Shown here piece by piece: positions 1-9,328 of a stretch of 64,000 nt of DNA. The notes beneath the pieces were generated by a model that ran no database searches, had not been told where the DNA came from, and saw only the letters and a program-made list of their open reading frames with translations. Within the stretch, counting starts at the first letter, position 1, and every line of letters starts with the position of its first letter. The position numbers and the translations under genes are program-made. Source of the DNA: an uncultured archaeon (GTDB lineage Archaea > Thermoplasmatota > Penumbrarchaeia > JASLWR01). The DNA lies in assembly GCA_964430885.1 (NCBI GenBank), contig CAYSHM010000004.1, positions 96,001-160,000 of the forward strand. Direction: 5' to 3'.

Positions 1-447
1 AAAGTTGATCTGATTTCCCGAATCAGACCGATATTGTCGAATATTGCTTCGGATTATTTCAGGCAGTTAACTCAGGGCAGATATTCCCGCTTAGAGATCG
101 ATGAGAACTACGAGATATTTATCTATGATGGGAACAACCCTTTTCCGGTTGCACGGTTCTCAGGAGGTGAAGAGGACATTGCAAACTTGAGTCTAAGATT
201 GGCCATTTCAACAATTATTGCAGCTACAAAGAAAAAACAGGGTTTGCAGTTAATAGTCCTAGATGAGATATTCGGATCCCAGGATGATAATAGAAGACAG
301 AATATATTGAATTCCATTTCAAATCTATTGAAGCGTTTCCAGCAGGTTTTTATTATAACTCATATTGATCAGGTAAAAGAACACATTGGCAATGTTGTGA
401 TGGTAGAGGAGGAGACCGACGGCAATTCCAAAATCGTTAGCACCTGA
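1..447 (+). CDS. SbcC/Rad50-family SMC ATPase, C-terminal part (5' truncated by window)
   Basis: Frame open from base 1; ABC signature FSGGEE, Walker B LIVLDEIFGSQD, H-loop IITH. Confidence 0.9.
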   Translation, partial: KVDLISRIRPILSNIASDYFRQLTQGRYSRLEIDENYEIFIYDGNNPFPVARFSGGEEDIANLSLRLAISTIIAATKKKQGLQLIVLDEIFGSQDDNRRQNILNSISNLLKRFQQVFIITHIDQVKEHIGNVVMVEEETDGNSKIVST

Positions 448-562
448 AAATTAAATAAAGAGAATCATATGCATGCAGGATAATATCTCATTGAGATTAT
501 TAAGCTAGATGAATTTGTTCAGAATTAGATTTTGCCTGAATCTTGCTTAGAAGGGAAGTGAT

Positions 563-1660
563 TCACATGTGCTGACGTTCCTGCAGCCACTTTAAAATTT
601 TAGGATTTCTATCTATTATGATATGGAGTGGGGTGATGAGCCAAGGCAGCATTGATAGGGAACCAGGCCGTTCCCAGACCAGCTCCTTAACTGCCAAATT
701 AACCTTCAATCGTTTCAGTATCTTTTTTCTCCACAGTTTTTCGTATTTTTTTAGATATGAAAGAGGTAGCTTCTCCGTGATGCATTTTCCGGCAAGACTG
801 CCCGCGATCTTACCTGCCATCATGGCATTTCTTATGCCTGCGCCTCCAAAGGCATTGACCATGGATGCGGCATCCCCCACAAGCATTAAATTGTCTTTGA
901 CGGTTATATCCGGCGGCCGTGCTAAGGGCAGAGCCCCCGCACCATAATGATGTTTCTCAGCACCGGGATAATTCCGCTCAATGAAGTTATCCAGTATAGG
1001 TTTTAGATTGCCTCTTTTACCTCCAATGGACCCAAGTCCCACATTAGCTGAATTGTTGCCTTTTGGGAACACCCACGTATATCCTTTAAGACCTTCCCCT
1101 CCCATATATACTATGCATCTATCTCCATCGATTTTATTGGATTTCACCATATATTTTACTGCCACACCCAAATCCTTTTGGGGTATTTTCTTAACTATGC
1201 CAGCGCTCTTCCCTATTGTGCTCTTCACACCGTCGGCGGCAATTACAATCTTTCCTTTGATCCTTTTTCCGTTTTTTAGCTTGACACCGCTTTTATCTCC
1301 ACTTACCACTGTTCTGTTCAATTTAAGGGTTGCTCCACTGTTTACAGCTCTCTCAATAAGATGTTTTTCCAGAATATCACGGTTTAGGATCCCCATTTTG
1401 ATCCCTGTGACATCAAAGGACTTACCATTGGGAAAGATGACCCTTGCGTTCTGGAGTTCTCGGGCAATCCAATCTCCTTTGGGATCAAGTGAGAATTCGT
1501 CAAAGGTGCCCATGGAGGTAAGTTCTCCGCATATGACAGGGACTCCCACATCCTTCCGCCTGTCCAATACAATTACTGAAGCTCCGCTTCGCGCTGCATA
1601 ATCCGCTGCTAAAGCACCGCCGGGACCAGCACCCACCACGATAATATCAAAAGAACTCAT
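563..1660 (-). CDS. Geranylgeranyl reductase family FAD oxidoreductase (digeranylgeranylglycerophospholipid reductase-like)
   Basis: VVGAGPGG Rossmann motif, PVICGE, AADG, YTWVFPKG, LVGDAA; start moved to ATG 1660 behind a GGAGG RBS (upstream ORF extension runs into the tRNA). Confidence 0.88.
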   Translation of the reverse strand: MSSFDIIVVGAGPGGALAADYAARSGASVIVLDRRKDVGVPVICGELTSMGTFDEFSLDPKGDWIARELQNARVIFPNGKSFDVTGIKMGILNRDILEKHLIERAVNSGATLKLNRTVVSGDKSGVKLKNGKRIKGKIVIAADGVKSTIGKSAGIVKKIPQKDLGVAVKYMVKSNKIDGDRCIVYMGGEGLKGYTWVFPKGNNSANVGLGSIGGKRGNLKPILDNFIERNYPGAEKHHYGAGALPLARPPDITVKDNLMLVGDAASMVNAFGGAGIRNAMMAGKIAGSLAGKCITEKLPLSYLKKYEKLWRKKILKRLKVNLAVKELVWERPGSLSMLPWLITPLHIIIDRNPKILKWLQERQHM

Positions 1661-1696
1661 AGAACCTCCAGAACATCTTATAGAATAGAAAAACAG

Positions 1697-1770
1697 AGCC
1701 ACCAGAGGGATTCGAACCCTCGACCTGCTGATTACAAGTCAGCCGCTCAACCGGGCTAAGCTATGGTGGC
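1697..1770 (-). tRNA. tRNA-Thr(UGU)
   Basis: GCCACCA/TGGTGGC acceptor stem, anticodon arm CTGA-CT-TGT-AA-TCAG, GGTTCGAATCC T-arm; no encoded CCA. Confidence 0.95.
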
Positions 1771-2077
1771 AGTTATGATACCTATGGGAACTATGAACTA
1801 GTATATAATTATTTAACTACAAAAAATTTTCAATTTTCCTCATTAAACAGTAATATCACTGGTCCATTCAGTTTAGGGATATGTGCAGCTTTAAAAAGAA
1901 CTCAAATATAATGGGTACTACACACTTTTATATATTTTATTACCTTTAGCTATAAATTACGGTGTTTGATGCCTGAAATAACACTGTAAATATCAGTGTG
2001 AATAATAGGGCTCAATTACATATTCATATAGTCAATAAAATGGGTCCATTCAAGGCCCCAAAGAGAGTGTGATAGCG

Positions 2078-4795
2078 ATGCCAGCAAGAGGAGGACGGGG
2101 ATCTTTTCCATCAGTAACGTATCAGAGCAACGATGACCTAAAGGAGAAACGCCACAGGTTGCTCTGGAAATATACTGTAAAAAAACCCATTACCTGCGTT
2201 TCAATATCCCAAATTGGTCATCGCGTTGCCATTGGCTCTGAGGATAATTATATCTATTATTTTGATAAGAGAAAGGAATTGATATGGGATTTTAATTGCG
2301 GTTCGAAGGTTCTATCCATCGCTTTGACGGAAAAGGGGAAAAAAATAGTGGTGGGAACCCGCAAAGAACTATTGCTGCTCTCTCAGCAGGGAGGGGTTAT
2401 CTGGAGGAAGAACGTTCTAAACGGGATCAACCATGCTCTCATCACAAGCGACGAAAAGGTGATAGTCGCAGCCTGCGTATCCAAAAAGATATTTTTCTAT
2501 GATATGGAGGGAATCCTTTTTTCACAGTATCACACAGAGGCTGAGGTATCGGTTCTGAAGAGGACCAAAAATGACAGCTATATTGTGGCCGCTTCCATGG
2601 CCACAATTATACTATTCGATAAGACTGGAAGACATCTGTGGAATTATAAGACCAAATGGAACATCAATGCACTTACGATATCCCAATTCGGGGAGTTCAT
2701 AATAAGCGGGGCCATGATGTCTCTCTATTGTTTGAACAAGATACCTGATCTTATCTGGAAGACCACTGGGAAGTCAGTTGGAGATGTGGTTGAGATATCA
2801 CCTGAGAAGAATTATATTGTCAGGGGAGGCCGTGATGGGATAGTATCCTGCTATGATCTCACAGGAGAGGTTTTATGGCAGTACAAGACGGGATCAGTTT
2901 TGGCAACACCGTCAAAACCAGTTACTAGAGGAGTTACTTCCCTAGCGCTCAGTAAAATGGGCCTTTATATAGTCCTGGGTTCTGTAAATAAGAAGGTCAG
3001 TGTCCTATCAAGGGATATGCAGATGATATACCGTTTTGAGTGCGATGATGAGGTATTTGATATTAAGATGTCAGAAGTAGGAGAATCCATGGTTCTCGTA
3101 TCTGGGAGCACTCTATATTTTATGGAAAATATAGGTTTCTATCCTATGCTATTCGATGACGTCCGGGAAAAAGTGAACACTGCTGATGACCACGGTTTGA
3201 ATCTAACAAAGATGGAAAGGCTGTACAAGGCTTCTGAAAATTCCTACAAAAAGAAACAGTATTTGAATGCCTGGACCTATTTGCATTCTGTGCTGAAGGA
3301 AATGGATACCCAGAAAAAACACAGGATAAAGGAACTGCTCCCCCAGGTAACAAAGAAAATGGTTCAGAAATCCAAGGAAGGCCGGGACCTTGAAGAGGTG
3401 AAGAGGTTATTGGCACAGGCCAAACACATCTATAAGGAAGGCAGGTATTATGATGCCATACGGGGATTCCAGCATGTATTGGATGTGATGGAACGCCCGG
3501 TTGAGAGAAAACGGCAACCTGTTCGAAGAATCCCCGAACCTAAACCTGAGCCTGAACCTGAACCTGAACCTGAACCCGAACCCGAACCTGAATCTGCGCC
3601 AGTAAGAGAAGTAATAAGGGAACCTGAGCCTGAACCCGAACCTGAACTCATGCCTATTGATGAAAACGCACGGGTTACCTGTCTTGAAAACATTCAAAGA
3701 TTGGAAAGTGAGATACTGACTCTTCGAAATCAGGGCCTGAACTATGAGCAGGTCGAGGAATTGTTGATGAGGGCCCGGATATTATTAAAGGAAGGAAATC
3801 TTGATGGATGCTTAGGTCTTACCGATCAGGGTTTAGCCATTTCCAACAATCTGGCACAGAGAGGGGAGGAACACAGGGCATTGGAATACCTCAGTAAAGG
3901 CACAGAATGGATCCAGAAAGCAAAAACCATGGGAATTGATGCTGCTGAGCATGAAAGAACCATGGCCCGAGCCGTTAAGGCTTTTGAGCAGGAACTGTAT
4001 GCTGAATGTATCAATTTTATTGATGAACTCGAAGAGGAAATAACCCGGGATATGATGAGAACTTCCCCGGAATATCGAAAGGCTGCCGAAGAGATAGAGA
4101 GTTTATCAAAGGACGTTTCTCGATTAAAAAATGCGGGTATCAATACGGTTATTGTGGAAGATATACTTCTCAAATGCAGATATAATTTGGATTCCAATCC
4201 TGCATTGGTTATGCGCCTTTTAGACGATGCCAGGGACAAGGTGGAGGAACTCCGTTCGGAACATGACGATATATCAATGCGTTTCAAGGAAATGCAGAAA
4301 AAAATAGATGAGATGGGCGAAGAGGGTTATGATATGACAAAGACCCAAAACGCCTATCATGACGGCCTTATTGCTCTGTACAGTGGAGATACAAAAAAAG
4401 CCTTGGCATTTTTGGAGACAGCCAATGAACACCTTCAGAACGTTCTTTCAAGTGGGAAAATGGAAGGTGAAGAAGATCCTTTGGTGTCTTCCCTTAAAGA
4501 GCGTAATAATGAACTTGAGGAACAGATCAAGGAACAGGCAGATAAGATAGAGCGCAAGGAGAGGCAGGTTGAAGAATTGGACATTGTTATTAGAGATTTG
4601 AAGGAAAAGATCAGGGAGATGGAGGAATCACAGCCCAAGCTCAAAGATTGTCCTGATTGTAATAATCAGCTTCCGGAGGGAAACATTTTCTGCGGCAAAT
4701 GCGGTCATGAGTTCGAAAGGCTCTGTCCAGAATGCAGTTCCAAGGTACCCAAAGGGTTCCAATTTTGCGGCAAATGTGGCCACAGAATGATCTGA
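2078..4795 (+). CDS. Cytoplasmic WD40/PQQ-like beta-propeller + Glu-Pro linker + helical repeats/coiled coil + double zinc ribbon protein
   Basis: Repeated blades (LLWKY, LIWDF, HLWNY, VLWQY); (EP)n tract; helical repeats; C-terminal CPDC..CGKC..CPEC..CGKC; no signal peptide. Confidence 0.8.
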   Translation: MPARGGRGSFPSVTYQSNDDLKEKRHRLLWKYTVKKPITCVSISQIGHRVAIGSEDNYIYYFDKRKELIWDFNCGSKVLSIALTEKGKKIVVGTRKELLLLSQQGGVIWRKNVLNGINHALITSDEKVIVAACVSKKIFFYDMEGILFSQYHTEAEVSVLKRTKNDSYIVAASMATIILFDKTGRHLWNYKTKWNINALTISQFGEFIISGAMMSLYCLNKIPDLIWKTTGKSVGDVVEISPEKNYIVRGGRDGIVSCYDLTGEVLWQYKTGSVLATPSKPVTRGVTSLALSKMGLYIVLGSVNKKVSVLSRDMQMIYRFECDDEVFDIKMSEVGESMVLVSGSTLYFMENIGFYPMLFDDVREKVNTADDHGLNLTKMERLYKASENSYKKKQYLNAWTYLHSVLKEMDTQKKHRIKELLPQVTKKMVQKSKEGRDLEEVKRLLAQAKHIYKEGRYYDAIRGFQHVLDVMERPVERKRQPVRRIPEPKPEPEPEPEPEPEPEPESAPVREVIREPEPEPEPELMPIDENARVTCLENIQRLESEILTLRNQGLNYEQVEELLMRARILLKEGNLDGCLGLTDQGLAISNNLAQRGEEHRALEYLSKGTEWIQKAKTMGIDAAEHERTMARAVKAFEQELYAECINFIDELEEEITRDMMRTSPEYRKAAEEIESLSKDVSRLKNAGINTVIVEDILLKCRYNLDSNPALVMRLLDDARDKVEELRSEHDDISMRFKEMQKKIDEMGEEGYDMTKTQNAYHDGLIALYSGDTKKALAFLETANEHLQNVLSSGKMEGEEDPLVSSLKERNNELEEQIKEQADKIERKERQVEELDIVIRDLKEKIREMEESQPKLKDCPDCNNQLPEGNIFCGKCGHEFERLCPECSSKVPKGFQFCGKCGHRMI
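3533..3646 (+). repeat. Hexanucleotide (CCTGAA-like) coding repeats giving two Pro-Glu tracts
   Basis: cctgaacctgaacctgaacctgaacccgaacccgaacctgaa, with a shorter second tract about 25 nt downstream. Confidence 0.9.
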
Positions 4796-4849
4796 TCAAA
4801 TAGAATCTTGACAATTTGAGGTGAATGCCGCAGCAGTATTAAGTCTTCG

Positions 4850-5776
4850 TTAAATTCTACACCCCTGAAGAGACGATTTCTCCTCAAAGGGTTCGATGTG
4901 AATAGAGAGGAGAAGCTTATTTCTGAATTTCGTTTTCAACCTATTTTCCACTCTGTTAGCGATGGCATGTCCCCTTCTCACACTCAGCTCACCCATTACT
5001 AGAATATGAACATCAAGAGCAATCTCATCTCCTATTCTGCGTGTCCTCAATTTATGCGCATCCTTAACTCCCTTTGTTGCGATTATTATTTTCATGATCT
5101 CTGAATTGGTTGAACTGTTTAGAGATTTCTCAAGTAACTGAGGAATGCACTCTTTCAGTATTTTGACTGCCGCGGCAAGGATGATTATTGAAACCACTAA
5201 ACCCGCGATGGGGTCAAGTATTACCCAACTGCCGCCAAGCAATAAGGCACCACCGATGCCAAGGACGGCGGCCATGCTTGATAATGAATCGGTCCGATGA
5301 TGCCAGGCATTGGCTTTAAGCAGGCTGCTGTTTATCTGTTCAGCCTTTCTGATATTATATTGATATAGTGATTCCTTTATGCCTATGGATAGGAGTGCAA
5401 TGGCAAGAGTTATCCATCCAGGTCTTGTAAACTCCGAACCGCGGGAAAGTATGTAGAAATCTGTGGCGCATTTTACAGCGATCCCCAGCGATATTCCAAT
5501 CAGTATCATCCCTATCATAAAGGATACAAAGGTCTCATATTTCCCATGTCCGTAATTATGAGTCCTATCCGAAGGCTTGCGGGATTTTTTAAAACCCATG
5601 AAAACCCCGATATCCGAGCCCAGATCGGAAAGTGAATGGAAACCATCGGCGACCAGAGCACTGCTGCCTCCAAGCAGACCGCCAGAAAGTTTCATCAAGG
5701 TAAGTCCTATGTTCACCAGAAAGGATGTCTTGGCTGCTTGGATACCTATATTGCTCCTTTCTACCTCTTTTTTCAT
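4850..5776 (-). CDS. Cation diffusion facilitator family transporter (FieF/YiiP-like)
   Basis: ALVADGFHSLSD, HNYGHGKYE, NAWHHRTD motifs; C-terminal dimerisation domain ending HIEP. Confidence 0.93.
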   Translation of the reverse strand: MKKEVERSNIGIQAAKTSFLVNIGLTLMKLSGGLLGGSSALVADGFHSLSDLGSDIGVFMGFKKSRKPSDRTHNYGHGKYETFVSFMIGMILIGISLGIAVKCATDFYILSRGSEFTRPGWITLAIALLSIGIKESLYQYNIRKAEQINSSLLKANAWHHRTDSLSSMAAVLGIGGALLLGGSWVILDPIAGLVVSIIILAAAVKILKECIPQLLEKSLNSSTNSEIMKIIIATKGVKDAHKLRTRRIGDEIALDVHILVMGELSVRRGHAIANRVENRLKTKFRNKLLLSIHIEPFEEKSSLQGCRI

Positions 5777-5942
5777 GGAAATTCACCCCCAATGATCTGA
5801 TTATGACCACCATAGAATTGCAGGTTTTAAATACCGCGGAAGGACAAGAGTCTTATTAGAATTTGGAGTGTGAGATGTCACAATGTAATAGTTTGACGAA
5901 AACTGGCGGAGCAATATGGAAGCCAAAGACAGCACTAAGTAC

Positions 5943-6707
5943 CTAAAATACCCTTGAAGTTTTCTCAGGTGTGATACCTTTCTCAGGTGTGATACTGTAG
6001 GTCATTATGGCGGCTTTACCGGGGTGGTTCCTCACCTTTCTTACTATCAACCTTGTCTCATAATCGGAACCGATCTGTTCGATGTTCATCTCAATGACAA
6101 TATCAGAAATGGAATCCAGTGCATTCTCAACTTCGCGGGTTTGGGTGCCAGCCATGATGGTAATGAGTGCAATACCCTTGTTATAATAGGTGTGTGCCTT
6201 TATGGTCCTCACAGAGGAAAGAACTCTATTTTTAGGATAGTTCTCAAGAAAGAAATCCAGTGAATCCACCACAACCCTGAATGGAGGATTTAGATCCGCC
6301 ACCCGGTAGGTCATATCCAGAAGAAAGTCGATTGCTTCTCTTTCCTCGGATTTCGTAGCTTCGATCAATTTCAAGATGTCAGATACCGTAAGACCGTCCC
6401 TTTTCAATCGAGATACTTCCAATTCTCTGGCTAGAACCTTATCGAAGTACGCTGAAGCGATATCAATGATATCCAGATTAGTTCTCCAATTGTACTGTTT
6501 CAATAATCTAACAACATCTTCCAGTCTCTCATCCGTGGAAAAATAAAGAACATCTTCCATTGGTTCTGCACCGGATACGAACTGCTTTGCGAAAAGATCC
6601 ATTCCTGAACCTGGCATACCCTTGACCAAGATCGTGGAACCATGGGGAACCCCGCCATCTATCAGTATCGAGTCCAATTTTGGAATACCTATACTCGCGC
6701 TTGGCAT
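5943..6707 (-). CDS. KaiC/RAD55-like RecA-superfamily ATPase with degenerate Walker A
   Basis: SIGIPKLDSIL.GGVP.G, P-loop GMPGSGMD (Lys absent), YFSTDE, VVVDSL, VRKVRN. Confidence 0.85.
   Translation of the reverse strand: MPSASIGIPKLDSILIDGGVPHGSTILVKGMPGSGMDLFAKQFVSGAEPMEDVLYFSTDERLEDVVRLLKQYNWRTNLDIIDIASAYFDKVLARELEVSRLKRDGLTVSDILKLIEATKSEEREAIDFLLDMTYRVADLNPPFRVVVDSLDFFLENYPKNRVLSSVRTIKAHTYYNKGIALITIMAGTQTREVENALDSISDIVIEMNIEQIGSDYETRLIVRKVRNHPGKAAIMTYSITPEKGITPEKTSRVF
5961..5995. repeat. 17-bp direct repeat with 18-bp period (encodes ITPEK-G-ITPEK)
   Basis: tttctcaggtgtgatac at 5961-5977 and 5979-5995. Confidence 0.9.
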
Positions 6708-6719
6708 ATCATTTCCCTC

Positions 6720-7292
6720 CTATTGCTTTCTTAGATCCACTGTTTCATCGCAGTTAAGCCTAAGCATCTCCTCCATCTCACCATCCAGTTCATGACCTAT
6801 GGATAATAGAATGGCAAATATGTCCCTTGACCTCAATCGATTGATGAAGACGTGAAGGAACTCTTTTAAAATTCTTTTTTTGTTATAAATGGATAATACA
6901 TTTACTGAATCCAGAAGGACAAAGCTTTTTGGTGTTCGGATCTGCCTATAAGCCCAGTCCACCTTAAGAAGGATGGTTTCCAGGACCGTAGGGCTCTCCA
7001 GATTGACAACATTGTCGGATATTACTCCTTTACCTCCTACTGTATAGGATATGCAATCGATGAAGTAAATATCCGCCATTGGGACCTTCTCAGCCCTGAG
7101 TTTGCTCATAATTGCCCTTGCTGGTCGGGTTATTGTGATATAACTGCCTCCCATTTCTCTCTGTTCAGTGGTATGTATCATGGCATTTGTTATGGCGGGA
7201 AGATACATGGTTGTGTCCACGAACAATGCAGATATTGAATATTCAGGCATGAGATTATATTGTTCCATAAATTGCTCATCAAAGAGGCTCAT
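6720..7292 (-). CDS. Inactive KaiC/RecA-fold protein with no Walker A
   Basis: YITITRP, IYFIDCIS, VLLDSVNVL, CDETVDL resemble inactivated archaeal KaiC-like domains; abuts both neighbours. Confidence 0.7.
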   Translation of the reverse strand: MSLFDEQFMEQYNLMPEYSISALFVDTTMYLPAITNAMIHTTEQREMGGSYITITRPARAIMSKLRAEKVPMADIYFIDCISYTVGGKGVISDNVVNLESPTVLETILLKVDWAYRQIRTPKSFVLLDSVNVLSIYNKKRILKEFLHVFINRLRSRDIFAILLSIGHELDGEMEEMLRLNCDETVDLRKQ

Positions 7293-8033
7293 TTAATCAC
7301 CCATAGTACCCCATTTTAATATCGGAACCATCAACATACCTTCAGATGTCAGGTCCATTACATATTTCGCTCTTGAATGGGCAGCCCCTCTCATCTTTAT
7401 TATCTGGAGGGTTCTGACCAGATCGCCCATTCTATACAGGTCCTCAAGAAGAAGAATTCCATCCGCTACGGCTTCTTCAGTCTCATATCCGGAATGCCTA
7501 CCCTTTCCAGCGTCCAATTCCGACACCATAAGGGTCGTTACGTCCAGCTCTGAGAATTTTCTAGAGATGTTGAAAAGAAATTCTCTCATAGTGGTCTGCT
7601 GTCCCATTCTGGATGAGATTGCGGTTATGGAATCTACTACCGCTCTTTTGATGTTTAGGGCCCTAACAGTATCCACAAGCGCCCATAGAAGAGTGGCTAC
7701 ATCCTCTATAGCTCCATCCTTGCCCAGTAGTCCAAGCCTTTTGTAGAGCTTGGCCACATCTATGATGAATAATTTGTTCTCTTCAAGGTAGGATTCTGAA
7801 AAGAAGGAAAAAGCCCTCATGTTTTCCAGAAGTTTTTCAAAGGGTTCGGTCAGTGAGAAATAAACCCCATTTTCACCCCTGGCAGCACCGTAGGATAGGA
7901 ACTCGATGCCCAGAGTAGTCTTACCTGTGCCGCAGGCACCGGAGAGTAACACAACATTACCCCTTGGAAGTCCGCCGTTCAAAGCGGCATCTAATCCATC
8001 AATTCCTACAACACATCTTTTTCTTATTTCCAT
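7293..8033 (-). CDS. KaiC/RAD55-like single-domain ATPase with intact motifs
   Basis: GIDGLDAALNGGLP, Walker A GACGTGKT, YFSLTE, Walker B AVVDS, ADGILLL, IIKMRG. Confidence 0.9.
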   Translation of the reverse strand: MEIRKRCVVGIDGLDAALNGGLPRGNVVLLSGACGTGKTTLGIEFLSYGAARGENGVYFSLTEPFEKLLENMRAFSFFSESYLEENKLFIIDVAKLYKRLGLLGKDGAIEDVATLLWALVDTVRALNIKRAVVDSITAISSRMGQQTTMREFLFNISRKFSELDVTTLMVSELDAGKGRHSGYETEEAVADGILLLEDLYRMGDLVRTLQIIKMRGAAHSRAKYVMDLTSEGMLMVPILKWGTMGD

Positions 8034-8341
8034 CAGCAACTTGATAGCACCTGATAATTTAAAAGTTTAACTATTTTAGAATGGAATGAAATAATAAAAT
8101 GGCAGTACATTCGATGTTTTAGGACAATTAATTAAAAATTAACACTAGGAATACTTTTGATAATTTTTCCAAGAATACTAGTTGCTTCATCACTAATAAC
8201 TGCAATCTTCGGGAAAAATTGCATGACCGCAGCAAAGTGAAGATTTTGAACCAATAATCACTTGATATGATCGCCAAAGGTTATGTCTTCGACTATAAAA
8301 GGGCATAATTATTTATTATTTAATCACTGATAATAAATCTC

Positions 8342-8938
8342 ATGGTCTGGGGTTTCAAAAAGGAGAATAATTTTTATAAAAGGGTAATGAAAAATATAAA
8401 AATGGTGAGAGAACAGGGTGAATCCCCTCGTGTGGATGTTACCTCTATTGACTCAATGGATCACTATTTATGTGACATATGCCAATCGTCCATAATCCGT
8501 TCAGACCTGATACAATGTTCCTTTTGCGGCAGATGGGTCTGCAGGTCAAAATGTCTAATAATGGAGAACGTAGCGTGTATGAACTGTTATGCAGTGATAA
8601 AACTAATGCGGGAATCCGATCAGCGCCAAAAGAATACAGCATCACGGAAGAGAATTCCGAAAAGGACAGTTATCAAGGATAAACACAATGCTCGTCTTCA
8701 GAAGAAACGGACGGATATTGAAAAGAAACGGCAGATAAAAGAACTGGAATTGGAAGAGAAAAGAATTGAATATGAGCACAAAAAACAGGTAGCGAAGCTG
8801 AAGAAAGAACTGGATGAAGTTAAATCGAATAAAAGCAGCAAATCTGGACCGCAATCTGATGAAATTGAGGGAAAAGGAGCAGATAAAGGAATATTATCGG
8901 CTTTGAAGAAAATTAAAAAAATGAAGGATGAAACCTAA
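8342..8938 (+). CDS. Hypothetical protein with 8-Cys zinc finger and basic coiled coil
   Basis: C-x2-C-x11-C-x2-C-x4-C-x3-C-x7-C-x2-C followed by Lys/Glu-rich helix. Confidence 0.75.
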   Translation: MVWGFKKENNFYKRVMKNIKMVREQGESPRVDVTSIDSMDHYLCDICQSSIIRSDLIQCSFCGRWVCRSKCLIMENVACMNCYAVIKLMRESDQRQKNTASRKRIPKRTVIKDKHNARLQKKRTDIEKKRQIKELELEEKRIEYEHKKQVAKLKKELDEVKSNKSSKSGPQSDEIEGKGADKGILSALKKIKKMKDET

Positions 8939-9008
8939 AAATCAGCGATATTGTTTTTATGATTTATATTTAGAAGTAATTATATTTTGACCTACGCAGG
9001 TGATACAT

Positions 9009-9224
9009 ATGGATAAATTGAACGCCCTAGCAGTTGAATTAGGATGGATAGATAGGCTGAATCGTGCCTATGCTTACACGAATCCGCCTAAACCACGGCG
9101 CAGGCGGAGAATGATAATAATTATTCTATTTGCTTTTGTTCTTGGAATGGGCTGCGCATCAACAATTTTCTGGTGGGATTCTTTATCCACTTTCTTTTCA
9201 GAAATCGGTAATTACTTTACTTAA
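9009..9224 (+). CDS. Small single-pass membrane protein
   Basis: GGTGA RBS; PRRRRR followed by a hydrophobic helix. Confidence 0.6.
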   Translation: MDKLNALAVELGWIDRLNRAYAYTNPPKPRRRRRMIIIILFAFVLGMGCASTIFWWDSLSTFFSEIGNYFT

Positions 9225-9328
9225 GCCGAATATCACCCCATATATCATCGGTCCGATTAATCATAGGTCATTTGGTTTTTATTGATAACTAATATTAATT
9301 ATAATTATTTAATTATAAATTTGGAGGA

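Noticed and set aside
981-1601. 206-aa plus-strand ORF and similar long antisense ORFs elsewhere
   Set aside because: Antisense shadows of well-supported genes, with no recognisable motifs
3407-3697. Antisense ORFs with (FR)n and (GS)n repeats
   Set aside because: Shadow frames of the Pro-Glu hexamer repeat in the 2078..4795 gene
5943-8033. Bona fide circadian clock (kaiABC)
   Set aside because: Single-domain proteins, no kaiA/kaiB in the window
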